Below are positions 35,715 to 44,263 of a DNA stretch of 64,000 bases, one piece after another. Numbering within the stretch: the first letter of the stretch is position 1; the number at the start of each line of letters is the position of its first letter. The DNA is taken from NCBI GenBank assembly GCA_035601235.1, contig DATNOR010000160.1, positions 2,137 to 66,136 of the forward strand, in the 5' to 3' direction. This DNA is from Gemmatimonadales bacterium (GTDB taxonomy: Bacteria; Gemmatimonadota; Gemmatimonadetes; Gemmatimonadales; GWC2-71-9). A program made the translations under genes and the position numbers. The notes under the pieces were generated by a model. That model worked only from the letters and a program-made list of their open reading frames with translations, had not been told where the DNA came from and did no database searches.

Positions 35715-37541
35715 TCACTCGACTGTTACGCTTTTCGCCAGGTTGCGCGGCCGATCCACGTCGCAGCCACGCAGCACGGCGATATGATAGGCCAGCAGCT
35801 GCAGCGGGATGACCGTCAGCACCGGCGCCAACAGGGGTGAGCTCGCCGGCACCGCGATCTGGTAGTCCACGAGCCGCCCGAGATCACCGTTGCCCTCGCT
35901 CGTAATCGCGATGATGCGGCCGCCCCGTGCCTTCACTTCTTGCATGTTGGATACCACCTTGGCATAGACCGAGTCCTTCGGCGCGAGACACACGACCGGC
36001 ATGTTCTCGTCGATCAGGGCGATGGGCCCGTGCTTCATCTCCGCCGCGGGGTAGCCCTCCGCGTGGATGTAGGAAATCTCCTTCAGCTTCAGGGCTCCCT
36101 CGAGCGCCACCGGGAAGTTGACGCCACGCCCCAGATACAGGGCGTTGCGCGCCTCGGCATAGCGCTCGGCGAGGGCGCGGATTTGGGGCTCCATCTGGAG
36201 GGTCCGCGCCACGAGATCCGGCAAGCCCAACAGCTCCGTGACCATGGCACGCCCCTCATCGACCGACATGCCGCGCTGGCGTCCCAGCCACAGGCCCAGC
36301 AGCAACAGCGCCACCACCTGGGCGGTGAACGCCTTGGTGGAGGCGACCCCGATCTCCGGACCGGCGTGCAGGTAGATGCCGCCGTCCGCCTCCCGCGCGA
36401 TCGTGGAGCCCACCACGTTGACCAGACCGATCACGGTCGAGCCCGCCGCCTTGGCAGCGCGCAGCGCCTCCAACGTGTCGGCCGTCTCGCCCGACTGCGA
36501 AATCGCGATGGTGAGCGTCCCCGGGATGCGCAGCTCGCGCCGGTAGCGATACTCCGACGCGTACTCGACCGACACCGGGATCTCGCTCAGCTCCTCGAGG
36601 ATGTGACGGCCGACCAGCCCGGCGTGCCACGACGTCCCGCATGCCACGATCACGATGCGCCGGATGCGGCTGCACTGCGACGGCGTCAGGTTCAAACCGT
36701 TGAGGCGCGCCGTCCCCTCGCCGGCGAGCAACCGTCCCCGCAGCGTGCTCCGCACCGTCTCCGCCTGCTCGCAGATCTCCTTCAGCATGAAGTGCGGGTA
36801 CCCGCCCAGGGCGATGGCGTCGAGGTCCCATTCGATGTCGTCCACCGCTCGATCCTGCTCCTGGGCGTGACTGTCGAGCACGCGATACCCGGACCGCGTC
36901 ACCACGGCGACGTCGCCGTCGTTGAGGTAGACCACCGATCGCGTATGGGCGAGCACGGCGCTCGCATCAGACGCCACGAGGAATTCGCCGTCCCCGACCC
37001 CGAGCAACACCGGCGAGCCGCGCCGGGCGACCACGATCTTCCCGGGATCCGCCTCGGAGACGACCGCGATGCCGTAGGTCCCCTCGACATGGGCGAGGGC
37101 CGCCATGACGCGCTCCTCGAGCGTCTCGCCCACGGAGTCTTCGATCAGGTGCGCCAGCGTTTCGGTGTCGGTGTCGGTCGTGAAGCGGTGGCCCTCGCGC
37201 TCGAGCCGCGTGCGCAGCACGTCGGCGTTTTCGATGATCCCGTTGTGGACCAGGGCGAGCGTGCCGCTGCAGTCGCTGTGGGGGTGCGCGTTACACTCGG
37301 TCGGCGCGCCATGCGTCGCCCAGCGCGTGTGGCCGATGCCGCAGCTGCCGTGCAGCGGCGCCTCCGACAGCAGGTCCCGCAGGCGCGCGATGCGTCCCGC
37401 AAGCTTGCGGGTCTCGACCCCACCCCCGTTCAGGACCGCGACTCCGGCGGAGTCGTAACCGCGATACTCGAGCCGGCTCAATCCTTCCACCAGCACCGAC
37501 GCCGCTTCTCTCGGCCCGACGTACCCGACGATTCCACACAT
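35715..37541 (-). CDS. glmS: Glutamine--fructose-6-phosphate aminotransferase (isomerising)
   Basis: 608 aa with N-terminal MCGIVGYVG (Ntn Cys), two SIS domains and a C-terminal AKSVTVE. Confidence 0.95.
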   Translation of the reverse strand: MCGIVGYVGPREAASVLVEGLSRLEYRGYDSAGVAVLNGGGVETRKLAGRIARLRDLLSEAPLHGSCGIGHTRWATHGAPTECNAHPHSDCSGTLALVHNGIIENADVLRTRLEREGHRFTTDTDTETLAHLIEDSVGETLEERVMAALAHVEGTYGIAVVSEADPGKIVVARRGSPVLLGVGDGEFLVASDASAVLAHTRSVVYLNDGDVAVVTRSGYRVLDSHAQEQDRAVDDIEWDLDAIALGGYPHFMLKEICEQAETVRSTLRGRLLAGEGTARLNGLNLTPSQCSRIRRIVIVACGTSWHAGLVGRHILEELSEIPVSVEYASEYRYRRELRIPGTLTIAISQSGETADTLEALRAAKAAGSTVIGLVNVVGSTIAREADGGIYLHAGPEIGVASTKAFTAQVVALLLLGLWLGRQRGMSVDEGRAMVTELLGLPDLVARTLQMEPQIRALAERYAEARNALYLGRGVNFPVALEGALKLKEISYIHAEGYPAAEMKHGPIALIDENMPVVCLAPKDSVYAKVVSNMQEVKARGGRIIAITSEGNGDLGRLVDYQIAVPASSPLLAPVLTVIPLQLLAYHIAVLRGCDVDRPRNLAKSVTVE

Positions 37542-37560
37542 CGCTCACGCGTCCTTTGTT

Positions 37561-37586
37561 TTGAGTTCCAGTGTCTTGAGTTCCAG
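37561..37586. repeat. Perfect 11-nt direct repeat (x2, 4-nt spacer) immediately upstream of glmS
   Basis: The plus strand reads ttgagttccag-tgtc-ttgagttccag, which is CTGGAACTCAA x2 on the glmS strand. It lies 20-45 nt upstream of the glmS ATG. Confidence 0.6.
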
Positions 37587-37956
37587 CAGTGGCTTCCCCG
37601 TGATCGCGAGACCGAACCGGGCGAGCTGGGCGAGCCCGGTCCGGCGCACAAACCCGGGCGGGGCGCGCCGGCGGCGCGGTTGCCCGCGGCGCCAGATGCG
37701 ACGGAGGCTCAGGGTCCTCAACTGCGCGCTCGTCCGATCCACGTCCCATCTGCTCCCTTCAAGTTTGAGGCCCGGCCGCGTTCCGGCGCCCTGACGACGT
37801 CGCTACCGATTCACCGGCACAATGGGTTAGCGATGGTGCGCCTGGCTCGCGCGTGCGGCGCTGCGACCGCGTGTCCGTTGCGCTCGCGCGGCAGGCCCGC
37901 CGCGCGGCGGCCGCGCTTTGGCGGCGCGACTGAGGCTCAGCACGGCACACGCACGA

Positions 37957-37972
37957 CGGCCCCGTGTTTGCA
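37957..37972 (+). promoter_or_regulatory. Candidate sigma-54 promoter upstream of the RR-GGDEF-like gene
   Basis: cGGCCCcgtgtTTGCA has correct GG-N10-GC spacing and a full TTGCA -12 box. It lies 59 nt upstream of ATG 38030, with a G-rich SD in between. Confidence 0.35.
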
Positions 37973-38029
37973 GATAGCACCAGTGCCCTAACGGGTTATC
38001 CCGACACGCTGTTCGGGGGGGAGCGAAGC

Positions 38030-38989
38030 ATGAGCGAGCGAATGCCACAAGCCGGATTGCCGCTGGTCCTACTCGGCGGTGACGGCCAGGAGGCCACGCG
38101 GTGGCTGAAGAGCCTGCTGGAAGGCGGCGGCTACGCCGTGCTCCAGGAGCGCTTGGCTCAGCACGTGCTCGAGCGCGCTCGTAGCACGGAGCCGGACCTC
38201 ATCATCGTCGACGCGGAGCTCCCCGACATGCCGGGCGCCGACCTGTGTCGCACGCTCCGCACCGACCCGCGGGTCTCGAGCAGCACGCCGATCTTGCTCG
38301 CCGTGCGTGAACCGGCCAGCCGGGCCCAGCGGCTCGCCGCGCTGCGCGCCGGCGCGTGGGAATGCATCACGCCGCCGCACGACGCCGACGAGATTCTGCT
38401 CAAACTCGGCGCCTACGTGCGCGCCAAGCTCGATGCCGATCGCGCCCGAGCGGAGGGGCTACTCGATTCCACGGGACTCTACAACCGGCAGGGACTCGCC
38501 CGTCGCGCGCGCGAACTCGGCTCCCAGGCGTTCCGCGATCATGGGCCCCTGGCGTGCGTCGTGCTCGTGGTCGACCTCGAGCCCCAGGACCTCGCCCCGG
38601 GTCAGCAAGGGAGCGGCATCGTGGGGCGGTGCGTGCAGGCGCTCAAGGCCTCCGCGCGTCTGTCGGACGTGATCGGGCGGTTGAGCCCGACGGAGTTCGC
38701 GGTGTTGGCCCCGGGCACGGACGCCGTGGGAGCGCGCCGGCTCGCCGAGCGGCTGGCGAGCTCTGTGTCCACACCGAACACCACGGGGGAACTGGCGACC
38801 GCGGGCTCGACCGTCACGCCGTCGCCTCGGGTCCGCTGCGGCTACGAGGCCGTCGCGAACGTGGGGTACGCGCCGATCGAGCCGGTCGATCTACTGGTTC
38901 GGGCCGCGGCCGCCGTCCGCACCGGAAAGACGGATTCCGGGAGCTGGCTGCGGCGCTTCGACGAAGGAATCGGTACCGCCGCTTCTTAG
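38030..38989 (+). CDS. Response regulator with degenerate GGDEF output domain (SPTEF) that retains an RxxD I-site
   Basis: I trimmed the start to ATG 38030. The receiver has DLIIVDAELPDMPG. The GGDEF-like domain has LDSTGLYNRQGL, then RLSD-VIGRL-SPTEFAVL in place of RxxD-x5-GG(D/E)EF. Confidence 0.75.
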   Translation: MSERMPQAGLPLVLLGGDGQEATRWLKSLLEGGGYAVLQERLAQHVLERARSTEPDLIIVDAELPDMPGADLCRTLRTDPRVSSSTPILLAVREPASRAQRLAALRAGAWECITPPHDADEILLKLGAYVRAKLDADRARAEGLLDSTGLYNRQGLARRARELGSQAFRDHGPLACVVLVVDLEPQDLAPGQQGSGIVGRCVQALKASARLSDVIGRLSPTEFAVLAPGTDAVGARRLAERLASSVSTPNTTGELATAGSTVTPSPRVRCGYEAVANVGYAPIEPVDLLVRAAAAVRTGKTDSGSWLRRFDEGIGTAAS

Positions 38990-41388
38990 ACCGGAACCCG
39001 GGGCGACCCGCTGTTCTCGTCCATCGCTTCATACCCCGGCAGATAATAGGAATAGTACCGGTAGGCGCCGCCTGCCGGTACGTCGTTCAGCACCGCTCCG
39101 AGCATACGTACCGGCAGCCGCTGCAGCACCTCCAGCTTGGCCGCCGCCACGTCACGGTGGCTGTAGCCCGTGCGCAGAACCAGGGCGAGCGTCCCGGTCA
39201 GGGTGCTGAGGATGAGGGGGTCCACTCCGGCAGCGAGCGGCGGGCTGTCGATCAATACCACATCGTAGCCCGACCGCAGGCCGTTCACCAGTGACGTCAT
39301 CGCCGGCGAGCCAAGCAACTCCGGCGCGTTGTAGGCGCGTGTCCCACAGCCGATCAGCGAGAGTGCCGGGAACTGCGTCGCCTGCACGATGGCGTCGAGC
39401 TGCGCCTCGCCGCGCAGGAAGTCGCTCAAGCCGGGCCGGCGGCGCACGCTCAGCCGGCGGTGCAGTACGCCCCGCCGGATGTCCGCGTCGATCAGCAGCG
39501 TGCGGTGCCCGCCGTCGGCGAAGGTGTGCGCCAGGTTCGCCGCGATGAACGACTTGCCGTCGCCTGCGCCGGGACTGGTGATCGTCACCAGCAGCGGGGC
39601 CCGGCCGCCGTGGGCGTACACGAGGTTCAGGCACACGCCGCGCAGGGCCTCGACGACTTCGTTGACGTCGTCCGGCACGCGGGCGCCGCCGCCCCGGCCG
39701 CCACGCGGCAGGTTGCGGAGATGGGGGACCGCACCCAGGATCGGGATTCCCAGTCCGCGCGAGACCTGGTCGGGATAGCGCACCTTGGGGTCGATTCGAT
39801 CGAGCACCACGGCGCCGCACAGCCCCAGCGCCAGGCTGGCGGCGAATCCCAGGAAAATCACGCGCGGCGCCGTATTCCGCACCGGATCCTGCGGCATGAC
39901 GGCGTGATCGAGAATGCGCGCGTCGGGAACGGCACTCTCTTCGGCGAGGCGCGCTTCGTCGTAGTTCTTTTGCAGGTTGGTATACAAGTTCTCCGCCAGC
40001 GTCACCTGGCGCTGCAGCCGCGCCTCGTCGATGGCGCGCGGTGGGACCGCCTGCAGCGTGCGCGAGTCCGCGGTCACCCGGCGCCCCAGCTCAGCTTCCC
40101 GGCCGGAGAGCTCGGCCCGCAGCTGGCGCGCCAGGTTCGGGATCGTCTGCCGTTGCAGCGTGGCGATTTCGCCGAGCCGCTTCTGCACCAGGGGGTACGC
40201 GTCCGCGTACTTGTATCGCAGCGCGCGGAGCTCCGCCTGTTTCGTGGTCAGCTCCGCCAGCGCCTGGGTGAGCTGCACGTTCTGCTGCACCGACCCGACG
40301 ACCGCCAGCGCTTCCGCCGACAGTCCCGAGTCTCCCGACTGCGCCAGCACCCGCTCGAGTGCCTCCCGATCACGCTGCACCTGGTCGCGATCGACCTGCA
40401 TCTTGAAGAAGCTCGTGAAGGCCGGATCGTCGGTTCCGCCGGCCTTGGGAATCTGCGAGGGCCGCGCGATCGTGTTCACCTGGAACCGCTCCAGCGCCTG
40501 TTCGGCGTCGAGCAGGTTCTGGTGCGCCCCCGCCAGCTGCTGGTCGAGAATCTTCGTCAGCTCCGTGAGCTTCTGCCGACGCAACTCCGCCGCGACCTGC
40601 ACAAAACGCTCGGCGATCGCGTTGATCGTCGAGGTGATGCGTGCGGCGTCCGCGCCCTTCAAGTGCATCCGCAGGAAGTTGCCCGCGGGATCAGTCGCCA
40701 CCTCGAGCTCGTCACTCAACGCCCGCGCGGAATCGCGCACCGTCGCCACCGAGAACTCGATGGTGCGGCCGGCGGGGATGGTGCCGGCTGGCGGGGCCCA
40801 GCTGAACCCCAAGCGGACGCCGATCGAGTCGCCCACAGCCCCGTGCTCCACCTCGACGCCCTTGTCGGTCGACAGCGTGAAGTTCCGTCCCCTGCCGTCC
40901 ACGGTCAGACGGTACACTCCCGGTCGATACTGGTCCGCCACCCGGAACGTCTCGAGCAGGGGAGCGTCCTCCCGCTCCTTGGGCGTCAGGAACAGGCGCC
41001 GGTCGCGCACCACTTGGTCGAGCACGCGGTAGGACTTGAGCAGGTCGAGCCAGGCCTCGGGCTCGAGCGGCTGCCCCGCGCGAATCGGGCCGCGATCCAC
41101 GCCGCCGCGCTGATCGGGCTGATCGATCCACAACGTCGCCTGAACCATGTACTGCGGCTTGATGAAGCGGGTCGCCGCCAGACCGCCGACCGTACCCAGG
41201 ATCGTTACCACTGCAATCAGCCACTTGAAGCGCGCGACCGCGCTCCACACGCGGCGCCAGTCGACGCCGGTCTCCGGCTGGGCGAATCCCTGGCCGAACC
41301 CCATGTCGGCGCCCACGGGCGGCGCGGCTGCGGGGGCCACGGCGGGCAACGAGGAGCCGGCATGAAGGGGGAGGGGACTGGTGCTCAT
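38986..41388 (-). CDS. Wzc/GumC-type polysaccharide co-polymerase fused to a BY tyrosine autokinase
   Basis: I trimmed the start to ATG 41388. It has an N-terminal Wzz-like domain with TM segments and a long coiled coil. Motifs are Walker A SPGAGDGKS, A' LLIDADIRRG, Walker B DVVLIDSPP, and a C-terminal Tyr cluster YRYYSYYLPGY. Confidence 0.85.
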   Translation of the reverse strand: MSTSPLPLHAGSSLPAVAPAAAPPVGADMGFGQGFAQPETGVDWRRVWSAVARFKWLIAVVTILGTVGGLAATRFIKPQYMVQATLWIDQPDQRGGVDRGPIRAGQPLEPEAWLDLLKSYRVLDQVVRDRRLFLTPKEREDAPLLETFRVADQYRPGVYRLTVDGRGRNFTLSTDKGVEVEHGAVGDSIGVRLGFSWAPPAGTIPAGRTIEFSVATVRDSARALSDELEVATDPAGNFLRMHLKGADAARITSTINAIAERFVQVAAELRRQKLTELTKILDQQLAGAHQNLLDAEQALERFQVNTIARPSQIPKAGGTDDPAFTSFFKMQVDRDQVQRDREALERVLAQSGDSGLSAEALAVVGSVQQNVQLTQALAELTTKQAELRALRYKYADAYPLVQKRLGEIATLQRQTIPNLARQLRAELSGREAELGRRVTADSRTLQAVPPRAIDEARLQRQVTLAENLYTNLQKNYDEARLAEESAVPDARILDHAVMPQDPVRNTAPRVIFLGFAASLALGLCGAVVLDRIDPKVRYPDQVSRGLGIPILGAVPHLRNLPRGGRGGGARVPDDVNEVVEALRGVCLNLVYAHGGRAPLLVTITSPGAGDGKSFIAANLAHTFADGGHRTLLIDADIRRGVLHRRLSVRRRPGLSDFLRGEAQLDAIVQATQFPALSLIGCGTRAYNAPELLGSPAMTSLVNGLRSGYDVVLIDSPPLAAGVDPLILSTLTGTLALVLRTGYSHRDVAAAKLEVLQRLPVRMLGAVLNDVPAGGAYRYYSYYLPGYEAMDENSGSPRVPV

Positions 41389-41633
41389 CGGAACGCGTAC
41401 CTCCACTTGTGGTGGCAGGCCGCGCCGGGTGACGCGGTCGACGCGCCTTCCCTGTGGCAAGTCCGATACCGCGCGGCACGGAGCCAACACCATCCTCATG
41501 CCGCAAATCGGTGCACGGCATCCAGACGCCGGATGCACCTTGGTGCGGGGCCGACGCCTCTAACGACCGTGTGACACTCAGAATTCGTTGTCGTTGTGCG
41601 GAGAATCGCTGCCGCTGCGGCCTTGCGACAGGT

Positions 41634-41649
41634 TGGCCCGAACCCTGCG
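41634..41649 (+). promoter_or_regulatory. Candidate sigma-54 promoter upstream of the NtrC-type regulator
   Basis: tTGGCCCGaacccTGCg has correct GG-N10-GC spacing. It lies 37 nt upstream of ATG 41685, with a GAGGA SD in between. Confidence 0.35.
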
Positions 41650-41684
41650 TAGGGTGGGGTCAACCGGAAATCGAGGACGCCCCG

Positions 41685-43310
41685 ATGTCGATACCGCTTG
41701 CTCAAGACGGCGTGACCCCCTCTGGCGAGGGACGGGAAGCGTCGGCCATGCTCGCCATCGGGCCGGAGGCCAAGGCCCGCGTGCGGATTCTGGTGGTCGA
41801 TGACGAACACACGCTGCGAGAGAGCTGCGCGGCGGTGCTGCGCCACGAAGGCTACGACGTGACCGTCTGCAGCCGGGGGCAGGAAGCCCTCGACCTGCTG
41901 AAGCGCCGCGCCTTCGACCTCGTGCTCGTGGACCTGTACATGTCGCAGGTCGATGGCCTTACCCTCCTGCGCACCGCGCTCGGGACCAATCACGACACGA
42001 TGGTGATCGTGATGACGGGCAACCCCAGCGTCGAGTCGAGCGTCGAGGCGCTGCGGCAAGGTGCCTTCGACTATCTGCCCAAGCCATTCTCCGCGTCGCA
42101 CCTGCAGGTGCTGATCGGGCGAGCGGTGCACACCCTGCTGGTCGCGCGTGAGACGCGCGAGCAGCGCGATACGCTTGACCAGCTGCAGGTCCATTCGGAC
42201 AAGATCACGCTGCTGGGCACCGCGCCCTCGTTCCGGCGCGCCATCGAGCTGGCCCGCAAGGTGGCGCCGACCGACGCGTCCGTGTTCATCACGGGCGAGA
42301 GCGGCAGCGGCAAGGAGATGATCGCGCAGTTCATCCATCACCACAGCCGTCGCTCCAGCCGGCCGTTCATCGCCGTGAACTGCGCCGCCCTCCCCGAGGG
42401 TCTGCTCGAGTCCGAAATGTTCGGCCATCGCAAGGGCGCTTTCACGGGTGCGGTGCGCGACAAACCCGGCCTGCTCGAAGCCGCCAACGGCGGCACGCTG
42501 TTCCTCGACGAGCTGATCGAGATGCCGAAGCCGATCCAGGCGAAGCTGCTGCGGGTGATCCAGGACGGCGTCGTGCGACGCGTGGGCAGCGAGACGACGG
42601 ACGCCGTCGTGAACGTGCGCTTCATCGCCGCCACCAACGGCGACCCCGAGTCGTCGGTCGAATCGGGCGATATGCGGGAAGACCTGTACTACCGCCTGAA
42701 GGTCGTGCCGATTCACGTGCCGGCGCTGCGCGAGCGCCCGGAGGACATCCCCCTGCTCGCCGACTACTTCCTGTCGACGTACTGGGTGCGGCATCGCCGC
42801 AAGGGCGCCCCGTTCCCGCGTCTCACGGATGCGGCGCTGCGCACGCTGTGCAGTCATCCCTGGCGGGGCAACGTGCGAGAGCTGCAGAACGTGATCGAGC
42901 ACGTCGCCGTCGTGGTGGAGCCGGGCGCGGAGATCCGCCCCGAGGACCTGCAGCTCACCGGTGAGCCGACCCCGACCGCGGGCTCGAACCCGGCGTCGCT
43001 CATCTCCACGCTGCTCGAGGAGAGCTATCACGCCGCCCGCGATCGCGTGATCGCCCAATTCGAGCGCCAGTACCTGACGTGGCTGGTCAACCGGGCGAGC
43101 GGCAACATGTCCAAGGCGGCGCGGATCGCCGGCGTCGATCGGACCACGTTGTACCGGTTGATGGAGCGTCACGGCCTGCAGCGCAGTCCGACGGCAGGCT
43201 GGGTGGTCGAGCGGGAGTCCGCCCCGGGCGCCGAGTCAGCGGAGCCCGTGGAGCCAATGGACGCGGTGACCGCTGATGCGACCGCCCACAAGGCGCCGGC
43301 GACCTCATGA
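41685..43310 (+). CDS. Sigma-54-dependent response regulator (NtrC family; PrsR-like by context)
   Basis: It has a canonical receiver ([24 protein letters not shown]), an AAA+ domain with GESGSGKE and GAFTGA, and a C-terminal HTH ([21 protein letters not shown]). Confidence 0.9.
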   Translation: MSIPLAQDGVTPSGEGREASAMLAIGPEAKARVRILVVDDEHTLRESCAAVLRHEGYDVTVCSRGQEALDLLKRRAFDLVLVDLYMSQVDGLTLLRTALGTNHDTMVIVMTGNPSVESSVEALRQGAFDYLPKPFSASHLQVLIGRAVHTLLVARETREQRDTLDQLQVHSDKITLLGTAPSFRRAIELARKVAPTDASVFITGESGSGKEMIAQFIHHHSRRSSRPFIAVNCAALPEGLLESEMFGHRKGAFTGAVRDKPGLLEAANGGTLFLDELIEMPKPIQAKLLRVIQDGVVRRVGSETTDAVVNVRFIAATNGDPESSVESGDMREDLYYRLKVVPIHVPALRERPEDIPLLADYFLSTYWVRHRRKGAPFPRLTDAALRTLCSHPWRGNVRELQNVIEHVAVVVEPGAEIRPEDLQLTGEPTPTAGSNPASLISTLLEESYHAARDRVIAQFERQYLTWLVNRASGNMSKAARIAGVDRTTLYRLMERHGLQRSPTAGWVVERESAPGAESAEPVEPMDAVTADATAHKAPATS

Positions 43311-44152
43311 TAACGAATACCGCTACCGCCGAGCGGCTCGACTGGCCCGCCGTGGAGACCGCGATCGCGACCGTCACGGACCGGCTCCCCGAACCCGAGC
43401 CGGCGCCCCTTCCCGAGCTCGAGCCGCCCGATCTCGCGGCGTGTCTGTCGGGCCCGCACGGGCTGGATCTCGTGGTGGAGCTGGCGCATGACCTGCGCTC
43501 GCCCCTCACGTCGATCCTGTTCCTCGCGGAGGCGCTGCAACAGGGCCAGGGAGGACCGGTCACGGCGGAGCAGTCCAGGCAGCTGGGGCTGGTCTACAGC
43601 GCCGCGCTGTGCCTGTGCGCCACCGCGAGCGACGTTCTCGAGCTGGCCCGGGGCGGGCAGCGCCTCGTGGACCGCGCGCCGGCGCCGTTCTCCGTGGCGG
43701 AAGTGTTCGGGTCCGTCCGGAGCATGATCCTGCCCATCGCGGAGGAGAAGCGCCTCGAGGTCCGCCTAGTGCATCCCGTGCCCGAGCGGCGGACCGGACA
43801 CGAGCGCGCGCTGTCGCGCGTGCTGCTCAACCTGGCCACCAATGCCGTCAAGTTCACCGACACGGGCTTCGTGGAGATCGCGGCGTTGCCGGTGGGCGCG
43901 CGGCGCCTCGAGTTCTCGGTGCGCGACACCGGGAGCGGCATCGACGCCGCGCGGCTCCGCTTGCTGTATCAGCCCGTGCGGCGGCCCCCGGCCGCCCAGC
44001 GCGAGCATTTCTCCAGCTCGGGGCTGGGGCTCACCATCTGCCGCAAGCTGGTGCGGGCGATGGGGTCGGAATTGCAAATCGAAACGCGGCCGCAGTGGGG
44101 CACCCGCTTCTACTTCGAAGTGGACGCTCCCGTGGGTAGCGCGGCCGCTTGA
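43307..44152 (+). CDS. Soluble histidine kinase with DHp and CA domains only, no sensor domain
   Basis: ATGA overlap with the regulator. It has the H-box ELAHDLRSPLTSI, N-box LLNLATNAVKFT, G1 VRDTGSGI and G2 SGLGLTICRKLV. No TM or PAS/GAF segment is evident. Confidence 0.85.
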   Translation: MITNTATAERLDWPAVETAIATVTDRLPEPEPAPLPELEPPDLAACLSGPHGLDLVVELAHDLRSPLTSILFLAEALQQGQGGPVTAEQSRQLGLVYSAALCLCATASDVLELARGGQRLVDRAPAPFSVAEVFGSVRSMILPIAEEKRLEVRLVHPVPERRTGHERALSRVLLNLATNAVKFTDTGFVEIAALPVGARRLEFSVRDTGSGIDAARLRLLYQPVRRPPAAQREHFSSSGLGLTICRKLVRAMGSELQIETRPQWGTRFYFEVDAPVGSAAA

Positions 44153-44263
44153 CGCCGCAGCCCCCCGTGGCAGCCGCTCCACACACGACGCCAGGTCGCC
44201 ATATGACCGCACGCATGGAGAGCCAAAACCGCGCTGGGGCGCGCCCGCGCACGGTCTTTGCGA

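Noticed and set aside
37545-37742. A 65-aa minus-strand ORF ending 4 nt before glmS, containing LELKTLELKT.
   Set aside because: The composition is dominated by Arg, and the repeated peptide is simply the translation of the 11-nt DNA direct repeat. There is no RBS, so I treat it as non-coding leader.
37542-37800. A possible glmS ribozyme in the glmS leader. The minus strand contains GGCGCCGGAAC and GGACGAG, which resemble the AGCGCC.GAAC and GACGAGG core boxes.
   Set aside because: No P1 helix can be formed between the segment after GAAC and the segment before GACGAG. The conserved CGGCGGAUG..CUCCCGG block is also absent, and the spacing is about 20 nt too long. The match is probably a coincidence of GC-rich sequence. 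An Rfam RF00234 scan would settle it.
41456-41471. A minus-strand cGGTATcggacTTGCc upstream of the Wzc-like gene, and TGAGCCcgaaacTTGCT at 59138..59154 upstream of the Wzy-like gene.
   Set aside because: In the first, only GG and TTGC match and the -24 hexamer is otherwise unrelated to GGCACG. In the second, the first G of the GG dinucleotide is A. Both are too weak to call.
44246-44261. A sigma-54-like GCGCACGgtctTTGCg upstream of the initiating sugar transferase.
   Set aside because: The near-invariant GG of the -24 element is CG. The motif also overlaps the candidate start codons, leaving no leader.
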